The position numbers and the translations under genes were made by a program. The notes under the pieces were generated by a model. That model searched no databases. It was not told the origin of the DNA and was given only the letters and a program-made list of their open reading frames with translations. A DNA stretch of 63,806 nt, filler included, from Choristocarpus tenellus KU-1152 (lineage: Eukaryota; Protista; Phaeophyceae): assembly GCA_964200185.2 (NCBI GenBank). It is 13 parts of 13 records of this genome, joined end to end, with 100 filler letters (N's around TTAATTAATTAA, not from the genome) between each part and the next. Parts side by side here need not be neighbours in the genome. Positions count along the whole stretch, not along the records: positions 49,312 to 53,978 come from CAXNAD020013544.1; positions 54,079 to 57,323 come from CAXNAD020021296.1; positions 57,424 to 63,806 come from CAXNAD020008256.1; 10 more parts are not named here. One strand, 5' to 3'. Of the stretch, positions 51,141 to 63,806 are shown piece after piece (within the stretch, counting starts at the first letter, position 1; every line of letters begins with the position of its first letter).

Positions 51141-53778
51141 CTATTTGTGCCCTTGGGTGGCGGTTCTCCTCCTCTCTAGTTCCTCCTTGGCACGATAGAA
51201 GGCCATGATATCCTCATCTGCTTCCTTATTTCCTGTCAGATATGTGAAGGGTAATGCGAGAGTAATTAAAGGGAGTCCATTCAAGGTGCCACTTTGTGGA
51301 CAGGGTTCATAAACCTGTAAGTAAAGTTCTGGAGGTGCACTCCGCAGTATCCAGCAGAGCAGCAGTGCATATATTGGGCTGCTACAAGTGCTGATGATTG
51401 CCTGATTTGTACAAGTACACCAATACTTAACATGCATATTTTGTTGGATGACATATGGAGGGTGGTGTGTCGTTGAAACAGACAATCAGTTAATTTTAAA
51501 AAAATACGTTTTTGTAGTGTACTGTGTTCACGATTGCTGTAATTTTCATACTTCGAAGTATTTATCAAAATGAATATATAGCTAAGGACTGTGAGATCAC
51601 TTGTCTCTGAGGCCACAACGGAAAAATAAAGTTAAGAAAAACAGGGATGGACAATGTTCTCCACAGTTTAGCCTTGGTGCCTATTCTGCACTCTCTATAT
51701 ACTCCACGCCCTCTGTTGACAAAAGGACAAACCCTTCCCGTCCGAACAACATCTTTGGGGGGAGAATGCGTAATTGATAACATATAATGTCAAGGTATCA
51801 ATTCATGGTGCTGCAGGACTGATAGTGCAAAAAGACATCTCTTCATAGGTACTTCAAATCAACATATTTGACTTGCTTCCGGGCAACATGAGTACACAAG
51901 GTATCGTAAGTATTGTCTGTACAAGAACCTTGTGTATGTGAAATCCTGTGTGTGTGTGTGGGGGGGGGGGGGGGGGGGGGGGGTGAGCGCGTGAAAGAGG
52001 AGGGTGATTTTTGTCAGAATTGGACCAGATAATTTCGTGCTGACCACAGTCCTTTCATTGCCCCCCTCCCCTCCTGAACCTATAGCTTGAAAGATCGATT
52101 TGAGCATAGAAACTTACCGGTCAAAAGAGGTGATTTTCCTTCTGTCTGGGTGAGCCCAGTTGCTTTATCTTCGTCATGAAAGTCTCGCATGGCCACAGCA
52201 GCTGGAGGAGTGCCCCAAGCCTTTGTCGGTGTGCAAGGCCCCAATGGTGTCTTCAACCGACCTGACACAGCAATCCTCCCCTCCACCCCTGCTCCCCTTC
52301 CTCGTTCCTCCCCGCTGCCCCTTGATAAGGGAGGTTGGGTCCCTCTGTCGGATAGGGTTTCCTTCTGTTCCCCCCCATGCCCATTGTCAACAGCTGTAGC
52401 AAGAGGAGTGTACCATACCTCGAAGTCATCTTGCATCTTTTTGCTGGTTGGGGGGTCAGAAATAAGAAATAGTAATGTGTATACTTTAAAAAAAATGTTG
52501 TTTGAGCATAAGTTTTCTGCAATGAGTACCGATTTTGTGAAAAAAAAAGTAGGCCACCGTTTTTTGAGTCGTGGTTACCAGTAAGATACTGCCGACTTTC
52601 GGTTTGTAATTCAACAATGCCAGCAATGACCTTAATGGCAGGACAAGGGAAAACTTTGTTAGTACTTCTGTCAGGTATAGTGAGGGCAAAATGTAGGCAA
52701 CATTGCGGTGATCTCTTGAGGAGTTGTGATGGATGGTGTTAAACTGAACAACTAATTATAACCAGTCTTTCCATTTATCATTGTCCTCATTGTGCATGCT
52801 GTACTTTGAATTCGTTGGGCAGGAAGACAAACTTCCCTAAAAGCAGAAGGATTGCGCCAATTGCGTAGAGGAGTGGAAAGCATGATAAAAACTCAGTGAA
52901 AAGAGCAGTCACTGTGAACAGCAACACCTCTTGCTCAGGATGCAAGAGAGCAACCAATATAATACCTCGAAGTAAGTGATGCTGGAAGGGGTTGAAATGC
53001 ACTGTGGTCACGGGGGTAGTAGGTTCTAATCAATTGCAAGGAAGTACATGGCAAGACTCTGCAGTCTACTGTAACAGGAAGGACTCCAACAATACCTTTA
53101 AGTGCACACACACACACAACAAAATTTCACGTGACATACCACGTTACAGATAGTAAGAATAGAAGGGAACTTTTCGAAAAGTAGTGTGTGTTTGTGTAAG
53201 TATCTCGCTCCTCCGCTTCAAATGAGAATGATACCCTTGCCCATGACCACCAATCACGTACTTAAAAGCTCTTTCGTGTGAACCATCTTCTGTCAATGAC
53301 ACCTAGCAATACTTCCACCAACAACAATCATCCTCCTGTCTCTCTTGGGGCAATAGGTGGGGCATGTCTAACTATTGTATGTATGTATCTAGATGTATCT
53401 ATTCTTCGTAACCATATTGCTCATCTGAGAGGTGTATGATATGTCACAAAATGCCATGTCAATAATAGACATCGACCCCTAACATTACGTAGTGCAGTAG
53501 AGAACCCTAGAGTGCTTGTCAAGATGAAAAAAAGTTTAATTATAATAATAATGATAATGATAATGATAATAAGAATAATAGGAATAATAATATAAAGGTA
53601 TAGGTTCTCCTAAACACAACAGGTCAGCGTTGTCACATCTATATAGTCAATGGTGTTCATACTAGAAGATAAAATGGGCAAAATGGGCAAAATGGGCAGG
53701 GGTTTTTTTCTTCCCTTACCGGCCTTTCTCCAGCAAACGTTGTATCTGTTCGATTTCGGACTTCAGCTCTCTCAGCTC
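51141..53778 (-). CDS. KIF6: Kinesin-9 (KIF6-like) C-terminal three exons
   Basis: Exons 53778-53720, 52443-52118 and 51232-51141 splice in frame: ELRELKSEIEQIQRLLEKGRKKMQDDFEVWY ... PLLTGNKEADEDIMAFYRAKEELERRR. Both segments resemble conserved KIF6 tail motifs (LKxEIEHLQxLxxKxKxKLQKxFEVW; LTGDxxxDxDIxAF). The motor domain is outside the contig. Confidence 0.78.
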
Positions 53779-54078
53779 CTGCTCAGTAGGAGTATCGGTT
53801 TTTTTTTTTTGGGGGGGGGACGGGTTAATGATTAGTTTCTTTTAAGAAAAATAATTGGGACAGGGAATGTTTGAAATCACCCTAACTCTTCGAGATTAGG
53901 ATGCCAAATAACAGCCGATTTCAAAAATTGAGGATGGAGCTTTTCATTGAGGATGGGCTTGACCCAAAATTGACTGGGNNNNNNNNNNNNNNNNNNNNNN
54001 NNNNNNNNNNNNNNNNNNNNNNTTAATTAATTAANNNNNNNNNNNNNNNNNNNNNNNNNNNNNNNNNNNNNNNNNNNN

Positions 54079-54390
54079 CAAGTCCCAAATGGACAAACAG
54101 GGCAAAACTCGTACCCTCTATGGTACTTTCACTCCATTTAAGAGGGTAGGGCCACGTCTGTTTGGGGTCATAAATCCAATGTTGCGATGTTGATGTAATT
54201 TTGGCTATCGTGTTTGTTAGGAAGTGTCAATATCTATCATGGTCTGGACGCACCTTTTCATAGACGTATACATTTTGGGTAACTGTGTTCACACAGAAAA
54301 CCATAATAGGGCATTAAAAAAAAACGTGGGAAGCCAAGCCCCAAACAGGCAAACAGGGCAAAACTCCTGCCCTCTTAAATTCTTTGGCCC
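54079..54390. mobile_element. Two adjoining MITE family A copies (54079-54134 end; 54135-54390)
   Basis: A TIR end TACTTTCACTC directly abuts a second copy that lacks its first ~9 nt. Confidence 0.8.
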
Positions 54391-55119
54391 CAGTACCGCC
54401 CCCCTCCTTAATAAAAGTGTCTGAGATTGAAGGATTTCAAACCTACATAATTCATGCAAGGAACAGCAAAATAGTTCAGTCGCTGGCTCTATTCTGTCAC
54501 AGATGCCAACCTTCCCAGCCAGCGTCACAAATTTGGTGTGGGGGTTACAATATTGCATCTGAAAAGCCATGCGCCTAATCCTCTATCAGCACTCATTCTC
54601 ACCCCAACAAGGGGTTGTTACCCTAACACCATCTCAGGTCTGCAGTAAGAATGTTGTTCTTGATTTTTAAGTGTGTAACGATTCTCATTCCTTACTTTGT
54701 TCTGCTTTGTCATGACAATTTTAGTTGCGACTATATTTTTTTATTGTGCCCTCTGATATTTTGCAGGTGGTGTCGGGGGGGAAACCAATGAAAACTATAC
54801 ACATTGTGTCAGTATAAGCCCTAAAGAAAAAAAAAATGTCGTAAATGTGAAATACACTAATCCATTTGTTACTATATTGTTTGCATTTGTGTGTTATTTT
54901 ATTGTTATTTGTTGCGTGCAAATGGATAACTATGGTATTTTGCTGTGATGTGAAGGATACTGTTTTTGCTTCACAAAATGTGTTGTACCCTCTCTGGTAC
55001 ATTAGATAGTCCACTAGATTCAAAAGTATGCACTAGCACTCCTCATTGGGTACTTTGCGTTTGTTTCCACAGTATCGGATACCTCACCAAAATAAAGTAT
55101 CTTTGATCACCTTAACAAG

Positions 55120-55376
55120 GAGTCAGAGCATTCAAGTGGGTGTGGACACATCCGTTCTGTATCATAAATCCAATGTTGCGATTTTGTTGAATTTTGGATA
55201 TTTTGTTTGTTAGCAAGTGTCAATAGCCTTGCTCCAGACACACCTTTCATAGAAGTACATATTTTAGGTAACTGTGTTCACACAGAAAACCGCAAAAAGG
55301 CGTAAGAAAACGTGGGAAGCCAAGACCTGAATGGACAAACAGGGCATAACTTCTACCCTCTTAAATGCTTTGGTTC
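55120..55376. mobile_element. MITE family A variant, 3-bp TSD AAG
   Basis: aag[GAGTCAGAGCATTCAAGTGGG...CCCTCTTAAATGCTTTGGTTC]aag. Confidence 0.82.
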
Positions 55377-55774
55377 AAGTAAATCTCCTAGCAATGCACA
55401 GAAGAGGTGTGGGCGTTTTGTTATAAACTAAAACCACGTCAGTGTCATTTTTCCCACTGTGCGTAACATGAGCATCATAATCTCAGAACCGTTTTGAGGT
55501 GCCACTCTGCTCCAACACACTGGAAGCAAGGGTGAAGATTACAACATATGAGGTAATGGGGAAGGCATATGTATATACACTCATGGAACCTGTTACACTA
55601 GTACTCGATATAGTATGAGAACTGTTTCATGAATGTCCAATCTCGTCGTCCCTACCGTAGACAAGCCTTTTGCTACAGGTGTCTAGGCCCTTGTTTTAGG
55701 CAACTGTCACCGTGAGGTAAGTGGTGTAAGATCTTCCACCCTAACTCCCTTTCACGAATAAGCATTTGTGAACA

Positions 55775-57030
55775 CTACGAGCTTTGTAATGTAGCCGCTT
55801 TATTATCTAATCCAACCTTAACCCTTTGCCGCTGATTTGGAAAATTATGGTGATCGGTCAGCGCCATTCTCTTGAAAATAGACTCAAGGAAATATTTCCA
55901 GTGGATTTGTCCCAAGGGCGAGGCCTGGTTGATAGGTAAGGAGGACTTAAGATAAGATGACCAGGGACAGTCAGAGCACATTGCCCCTGTCCTTGCTTGT
56001 TTTTTTAAAGACTGATCACTGTGTACGAAACTCTTTCTTCCCATTTGCATGCATTCAAGCAAATGATGGATGGTATTGCCACATGTTTAACAGTTGTTGC
56101 TGATTCGAGGTCTTTCCGCCACACTGCGCTGAGTTCTGGTGCACATGTGAAGAACGGAAATATTGTTGCCAATGGTGATCTCCTTTGTTTAAGACAACTA
56201 TCTCGTTGCAACTCTAGGAACCTACACAAGGTATTTTGCATCAACTCGGGTTGGAATGCAGATCTGAGACTTTTCTTCTAACTTTTGTTGCATCTAATTG
56301 TTCGATTTGCAATATGCGCTTGCTGCGTTTGAATATGCTACTTTGAAGTTCTCTGCCCATGTTATCGACAGTGCAGGTATCTCGGTGGTGAACAAGCACA
56401 TCAGAGAGACCTACCCACCCATTCCCATATGAAGGGACACATACGTAGGCACACATGCATGCGTCTCAAGAATATTGGTCAGCTGGTTCCACCGTTGTAC
56501 TTCCGCAATAACTTTCTAACTTGTCAATCCAAGCCTCTTCCCCTGCCACATTTTGCTTTTCCTCCTGTTCACTGTGCTTCTGTTTACCTCCATTCCACAT
56601 CAGCTCGTTGATAAATCTCCTCCTATGTATTCGATACATGCCACAACAGCTTGTCCCCTTGCCGAACCCCACTTCCACGGTCTCCTCTATTGTTGCCCGC
56701 CTAATCAATCCCTCTCCCTGTGTGGTCAGAGGTGCTCTCTGCAGGGACTTGGAGGATGCAGTAAAACGACTGAGATCATGGACGGAGGCAGAGATTTCTT
56801 TGGCTCTTGTTCCCTCAGCCACTATGTTTCTAAATCCTGTGGTGGCCTGACTTCTTCTACTGAGCCTTCCTCTGGTCTTTAAGCTCAGCCCAGACTTGCC
56901 ACCGTATCGAACAAGCTGTGTCTTGTCGTGCACTGTATACAAAATAGGCATTTGTGGGTGCAACCAGCCACATGCAGGCAAAAGTTTAATATAGTGATGC
57001 TGTTGACGTGAGGAACAGAGGACCAAGGCA
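55775..57030 (-). pseudogene. Decayed coding-like remnant, possibly a hAT-type transposase
   Basis: Chain of broken intronless minus-strand ORFs; APELSAVWRKDLESATT loosely resembles the hAT dimerisation region. Confidence 0.2.
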
Positions 57031-57521
57031 ATAAGAAATCATCGGGAAAAGAGCAATAGACATTGATGGTTAGTTCACTGTACTAGGGATCTTGCCTAGA
57101 TACTGTACCAAGTAGTAGTCTATTCATCGGTTAATATGGGGGTTGCCCCATGCCTAGCGGCCCGTACATGGATGGATGGATTGTCCAGATAGTTTTGGTG
57201 CAAGAACTCTACTTGTTTTGTGGTGGGGTAACTCTCCTTCAGGCTTGGAGGTTCAGTGCTGTGTAAAGTGCCCACACACTGTTCTTTATTCTGCCATGTA
57301 TGACCCAAAGTATCTGGGGGGGGNNNNNNNNNNNNNNNNNNNNNNNNNNNNNNNNNNNNNNNNNNNNTTAATTAATTAANNNNNNNNNNNNNNNNNNNNN
57401 NNNNNNNNNNNNNNNNNNNNNNNGGTCGTTTCCCCCCTATTCCCCCCCCAATTTTTCCCGGTCATTACCCTCTTCCCCCCCCCCCCCCCCACTTGTACCA
57501 ACATATATATTTTCCCTGCAG

Positions 57522-60500
57522 GCAGTGGCAGAGATAGTGCAGCTCCTAGAGGTCCTCAGCAACCCTCACCAAGCAGAACAGCAGGCACAGGCGCAGCAGG
57601 TACAATTCTCGTATGTACTGTGTATTGCAAACTCACTGGTGTCAACGTACTGCAGCAAAGTCCTGATTGTACAGAAGCTGCCCTAGGTCCATGTGGTTAC
57701 TTGCCACTGGTCTCCCTCCTCAAACACAAAATTGTAGACACATGCACACACAAGTGAAGTCCATTAGATATGTATCTCCTTTGCAATGGAACAAGTCACA
57801 TTTGTTGCACCTTGAGAGCAGGGGAAATGCAGGGGAGGGGCAAGCAGAATTGGGGTTGGGAGCCGATCTAGAAGTTCAATGATTGTAGACTTCATTTTAT
57901 TGCTCACCTGTTTGATTTGTTGGCAGAAGTGACGACTATGGTTTTGTTGAATCCATGGTATTATAGGCTGTGCACAGCAAGGGGTTGTTGTTGTATAAGC
58001 TCTTTGTGGATTTGGATTCTCTTAGCACAAGTTATTGCACCATCCCCAAGAAAAGAATAAAAGGAAGCGATAGATGGAAAGGGAGGGGAGAGGAAATGTA
58101 AACCAATTGGAATATCACACTATCTGATTTTCACATACTCGTGTTCATGAACCTCACGGACTGATACTGCCTTTATACCTACCTTTTTATTATTATTCTT
58201 AGTATTGATATCACTGTACCGCTTGTTGCCTAACGTATACCCTAACCCTAACATCCAACCAAAAGCTAGCCTGTCTTGCACTGTCCTCCTGATTGTTCAA
58301 TACCTCCTCTTCTTGCACTGGGCTCCTGGAATGACTTGCACGCTGCCTTTGGGAATGGGGGGGGGGGGGACCCTGGTTCTGTGCTCTTGAGCAGCGCCTG
58401 AAAGCGTTTGAACAAAACCCAGAGTTTAGTCTTTATCTCTCACATATGATGTCTCACCCATCAGCGCAGGTACTGTCATTTGAAGGGGCCTGGTTTTGGG
58501 GGGTGGGGGGTGGGGAGGATAGGTGCGGGAGAAATGTAACAGGCTTATAGGAATGCATTGTTGTTCAATGCTTAATTAGTGAGTTGGTCAACTTTTGTGA
58601 AAACTGTGTAAATTTTGCTGTGAAATTTCATTCTCTCATGAATTGGTGGAGGAATGATGCGATGCATGTCCCTCTCTGTTTATGTTCTAACCCTCTGGGG
58701 CAGGGATTACAGATTGTGAGCTTGAATCCTTGAGTTAACATATTTTTCTGAAAGGGGAGGCGAAGAAGGGCAGGGGGAGATATTTGATGCCACTTGAGTT
58801 CGGTTGACTTGAAATTGTTGTGAGCCTTTAGTCACATCTGAATTTTGCTCATGTGTGGTCTTGACTTTATGACCGGCTGGACTCTCTCAGTAAGGCAATT
58901 TCAATTGATCCTGTCTGTATTGCATGCTGTTTGAAAACCATCAAAGTGTACATGTTTGCGTTGAAAGATGGTGTTTGGATGTTGTTCGAGGGTGTCCATG
59001 TGAGACCTCTCTCACAGAGATCGATATCACATGGATACACACACACACACACACACACACATGCAACTATACACCAAACCAACAGCCTACCCAGAAAATA
59101 GTGGCAGTTTCACAATAACGAATTACCACGCTCTTGTTCACTACACTGTAACGCTGTAGCAGATCAGCAACGCCCTGCGCCAGCTGGCGGGACTTGTACT
59201 GAAGAACCAGATCAAACCCTCCTTCAGAGTAAGCACCCCCTTCCCTCCCCCCCCACTGCCAATGGTCCTTCTCATCCCACCTGTGTTTGCATCTTGTCCT
59301 TTATGGCGGAGAGTCAGTCTCCCTACGAACATTTCTGCCTTTGCTTGACTTCGAGATGGTGTTTGTATCTTTATCTTCAATTGTATTGGCCATGTAAGTT
59401 TTGTTTGTGGTGGCTCCCTCCACAGTCACAACAAATTCGATACCCTAAAGCTAGGGTGTTCAGGTGTCCATCCATCTGCCCTCCTGGGGGAGTGTCTGGG
59501 GAGCTCGCTTCACCCGGCCCTCTCATACTAGAAGCCCTGATAGAGAACAATTTTAGAAGGAGCGCCGAGACCCTTTGACCATGTCAACATTCTCGTGTTT
59601 GTTAGAGGTAGTGTTTTGGAGCACAAAGTGCTGCCACCTCTACACAGTGGTGGCAGCGACTCCTGGGTCACATACGGTTTTTCTGTGCTATTTTAGATAT
59701 TGCTAGGGGAATAGATTGACTAACCCTAACCCTATGGTTGAACGACAAACTGTGTTCACAGTTCAAACGAGGATATCAATAATCGTCACTTCATATCTAA
59801 TAGTAAAAAAATAGCAGCTGTCCTGTGAAGTGTTGAGGGGGAAATGTACTGTTTTTTACGTTGTGTTAGCAGGAGGTCTTTTTGGAAGTCAAGAGGTGAC
59901 ATCACCGGTGTTCATCCAATGTATTTCTTGAATAGTTGATCTGTCATGATCTGACAATCTTTTAGGCCCTGTCTCATGCCACTTACGACAAAGTTGGTGA
60001 GTGTGTTGATTGGCCTTGAATTGGTTATGATACATCAAATGAACAAGAACTATCTCAGCTTTCAAAACATGAAACTACACTTGATTAAATGTTCCTGTGG
60101 GCATCTCAGGATTATAAAAACAGACATACATTTTTGAGGCTTCTACCGAATCCAGTCGATGTCAAATTGATAGAACCCTGAACGTATTTTGAATCAAGAA
60201 TCTAATATTCTAGAAAGCGGAATCTAATATTCAAGACGTTTCATTCTGGGTATCGCTCATCCACCAATTCCATGGGCATCACTTGTAAACAAATAAAGTG
60301 TTACACTGTCCTTGAAGTGATTCAAGTGATTCAAGCGACTACGATTACTACTACTGTCACTGTCACTGTATGGAACATGTGCATGCAGGATCTCCCGCCT
60401 AAAGCCCAGTCTATTGTGAGGGAGTGCACCCTGTTGGCAGCAAGGGATCATGTTCTTGCTCTTAGGCACACTGCAGGGACTGTGGTAACGACTTTGGTAA

Positions 60501-63500
60501 GCGTGGTAGGGCTCTCCTCCTGGCCTGAGCTGCTTCCGGCGTTGGTAGGGATGCTGGAGAGTGGGGACACTGAGCTGGGAGATGGGGCACTGGACACTTT
60601 TGTGAAGGTGCTGATGATACCAAGGAGCTGCAGTAGGCAGTGAGAAGTAGGTTGTTTAGGTTATGGGCCATGTGTTGTGCTTCATAAGAGATATTTGGAG
60701 AGGTTTAAACGAATTCCTGTATGTTTGTGTTTTCGAGGGGTGTCGGGTGTTGTTGCTGTATGTATCCTAATGTTCATGTAAAGGGGTGTTGAGACACTAA
60801 TTGGAATGGGAAACAGGGCAGCTAGCTGCGAAGTTAGTTGGGGTAGGATTGGAATGGGTGGATGGATGCAAATTGGGCAATGATAGGTGCAGTGTAGGAC
60901 AGATAGTGGGAGGGTTTTCTGGGGTTGAAGGGCAGGGGGGGGGGGGGGGGGCCGGGGGAGGGCAGGCCGGCCAAGAATTTTGTTTTTTTTGGGGGGGTTG
61001 GTGGGGTCCTTTGGTTTTTGGGGCCTTTNNNNNNNNNNGGTTTTCTGGGGTTGAAGGGCAGGGGGGGGGGGGGGTCTCAGGAAGAGCAGCACTGCCATGA
61101 ATTATGTATCTGTTGTGAGGATTGCTGTGGTCACTTGGTTCTTGCGACCTTTCAGAGTTGTTCAACCGTTTTTATTTGCACTCTATGCTTATCAGAGGAG
61201 GAGGAGGGAGCTGAAAATAGTCACATAGTTGGGGTTATTTTATTTTTATTTATTTTTGCTACTTGCTCTTGGCGCTGCCCCCTTCTCCCGTGCACGTAAG
61301 CACATTCACGCCTTGCAATAGCAGTATGGTAGTAATGGTGCAGAGATGTTCAGGAATAAGTTTGATGTGAGGACTTCGTTTAAACACGGATGCGTTCTCA
61401 GTGATAACCTGCAAGTATTGAACCAAGTAATCAAGGTATCTATCCCCAAAGACTCCCTCCCTTGCCCCTGCCCCTGCCCCTGCCCCATGATCTTTTCGAA
61501 CAAAAACAACACCCACTACATTGTTCAGCTTTCCGAAGACTCAGCCCACGAGCTTGACTCAGAAGAGCTGGGTCGCCCCCTGAACCAACTGGTGCCGTTG
61601 ATGCTGTCACTGTTTGGGCACCCCAAGGAGTCCTTCCGAGTGGCAGCGCTGACCTTCGTGAATAGTCTCATCACCATGGGGCCCCAAGCCCTCCTGCTTA
61701 ACATGGACGCGTACTTGGAGGTGTGTGGAGTGGGTTTTGTGCAGATTGAAGGTTTAGCAGGGTTGGGGTGGGTTGGGGGTAAGGAATGCGTCATGTCCCA
61801 TTCTATTGGGTCCTGTTTGTTTGTTTTTTCGTATTTGAATGTTGAAGATTTGCTTGAGAGTTTGACTTATTTAGGGTGAACAATATATGATTATATCATT
61901 GGTAGTAGTGTAGTAGTAGTAGTTCATTAATTTTTATTTTATTTTATTTTATTTTTTTCTCCCCGAGTGTGTGTATGCACTTTGCGGACTGACTCTACAT
62001 TTAAGACTTGGTTGTCAATGACTCTACATTCAATCAGGCGCATTGAATATGTTTCGAGCTGATTTGCTGCTTTCCTCTGTCCATCTTCTGCTTGAGGAAG
62101 TATGTGTGTAGTCGTACATCATTGTGGTACATTGTTGATTGATGATTGATGATTGACGGCATTTCCCTTACGGAATTTGCTCGTCGACAGTGTGCTGGCA
62201 GAAACTGTACTGTTCCAATGGTGTCAATGGTGTCAATGAAACAGTTTCAAGGAGTAGAGTGAGTGTCTTTTCACCCTGTATGGCCTGCTGTGCCATGGTG
62301 TGTCATGGTGAGGTTGTCTTGTGCTCTTATTTTTGTTGTTTTGTTGATGTCGGGTCTTTGGGCAGTGGTAACGCCATCTCTTCACACCGTAAAACCTGTT
62401 TCAGGCTAAACGAGAACGATCAACAGTGCAAAAATGAATCCTCATCTCCTCCGCAAGGCACCCAGGCATGCACGCATGCGAACTGTAACTGTAACTGTAT
62501 GAAACTCGACCAAAGGCGGTCCGGTCCGTAACTGACACCTGACACCTGCCAACTGTCTTCTGTGTTAACTTGCCTTCACTGACTCATTGGGGCACACAGG
62601 GACTGTCAAAGCTGGCTAGAGACGAGTGCTCTCTGGCCCGAAAGGGGGTGTGTCAGGCCATGGTTATGTTGATAGAGGTATGACAAAGGGTTTGCCAAAA
62701 GAGGAGCAGGGATAATTTTAGAACATTGGAATGAGTTCAAGGATGGTACTGCACGTGGGATGCACAGAGTACACAGGATGGAGAAGGGCGGTGGATTGTC
62801 TGTTTGGTCTGAGTGTCTGGAGCCCTGCAAGGCAATTGAATGAATGTCCTTGGTAGGATTTCTTGCAAGCTAGGCTGACTGCTTTTTTAGTAGGGTTAGG
62901 GTATCAAAGGCGTTCATCGTCTGCTTTTTTTGTGTGTGTGTTTGGTTCTCGTTGTTAGAGTTAAGAGTCTCCTTTGTGGCGTGTGCGTGATTGGTCGAGG
63001 TTTATGTAGGTTAAAAAAAACATGAGATCTTTTTGTGTGTGTGTGTGTGTGTGTTGCAATATTGTGTTGCAACTTGTAAGCAGCAGGAATTGCCCTTGTT
63101 TTCTGTTTTTGGTTTAGTGCTTTGAACAAGAACAAGCGAAGGTTGGCTCGTCCATAGACCTTCGACTTATTTGCCATCAAGATCCTGTCAAACATGTCCA
63201 TCCTCTAAGAGAGTGGGAAAATGGAAGTGGTAAGGGGGTGCGTGATATGTCTTGGTTGACACACATTGAGGATGTTGATTCGAAAGAAGCGTCACCTTCT
63301 TCATACCTCGTCTCCCTCTGGGTTTGTATTACTGAGCAGGCGAACGTGGGCTGCCTCTTGCCACACATGCACAGCATTTGTGAGTTCATGCTGACAGCCC
63401 AGCAGGACCCGGACAACCAGGCAAGTAGATGGATAGCCTAATAAGAGTGCCCCAATAAGGATAGATGCAACAACCAGACAAGGAAGAAAGGATGTGGACA

Positions 63501-63756
63501 GACAGGGGCTAGGAAGGGAGGAGTTGTTAATTGCAGTATGTGTTGATTTTTTGGAGGGTATGGCAAGGGACTCCTTATAGATACTCCAGTTTTGTTGAGA
63601 TAAAAGTGTTTATGCCCCCCCCTAACCACCCTTCTTACAACTTAGTACAAATATTGGTGTTTCACTCACACAGGTTTCCATTGAGGCAGGCGAATTTTGG
63701 ATGGCTTACTGTGACCGAGGAGAGGGATTGGACATCCTTGTTACCTTCTTACCCAG
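57522..63756 (+). CDS. TNPO1: Transportin-1 (importin beta-2/karyopherin beta-2), eight 5'-region exons, partial at both ends
   Basis: Exons 57522-57599, 58395-58469, 59163-59228, 60389-60607, 61529-61720, 62600-62677, 63340-63420 and 63674-63756 splice in frame. Motifs RQLAGLVLKN, WPELLPAL, EDSAHELDSEELGRPLNQLVP, RKGVCQAMVML, PHMHSICEFML and VSIEAGEFW follow transportin HEAT-repeat order. Confidence 0.93.
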
Positions 63757-63806
63757 GTGTAACTTACCCCCCTCTTTCCTATACCCCCCTCCCCCCTCCC
63801 CACAAC

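Noticed and set aside
60912-61075. Direct repeat flanking a 10-N gap in a transportin intron
   Set aside because: A duplicated sequence on both sides of a scaffold gap at poly-G is most likely mis-assembly.
1-63806. Functional gene cluster (actin-like, SNARE, kinesin, transportin, IQ protein)
   Set aside because: The genes lie on different concatenated contigs; their proximity is an assembly artefact.

Overview
This is eukaryotic nuclear DNA, not prokaryotic. It has short spliceosomal exons, kb-scale introns, many MITEs and TTAGGG doublets. That style, plus a likely bipartite targeting peptide, suggests a stramenopile such as a brown alga (inference). The window is 13 contigs joined by 12 artificial 100-nt N...TTAATTAATTAA...N linkers, so adjacency across linkers is meaningless. 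Genes supported by hand splicing: a divergent actin-family gene (5' exons) head-to-head with a complete 3-exon dienelactone hydrolase, two IQ-motif exons, the 3' end of an NPSN-like Qb-SNARE, the 3' end of a Gly/Pro-rich RD-repeat protein, the C-terminus of a KIF6-like kinesin-9, and eight 5' exons of transportin-1. Mobile DNA: a decayed Ty1/Copia with its 3' LTR, an internally deleted pogo-like transposon that contains an intron, and a RING-like ORF cut by a MITE. About 27 copies or ends of one MITE superfamily share a CAAAGTATCT TIR core and a GTCCRTTT subterminal motif but differ internally and have mixed 3- and 4-bp TSDs. There are also 42-, 77- and ~233-bp tandem arrays. No CRISPR, rRNA or tRNA could be supported. 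The MITE superfamily and the dispersed telomere-like doublets are the most system-like signals; novelty cannot be established without database searches.
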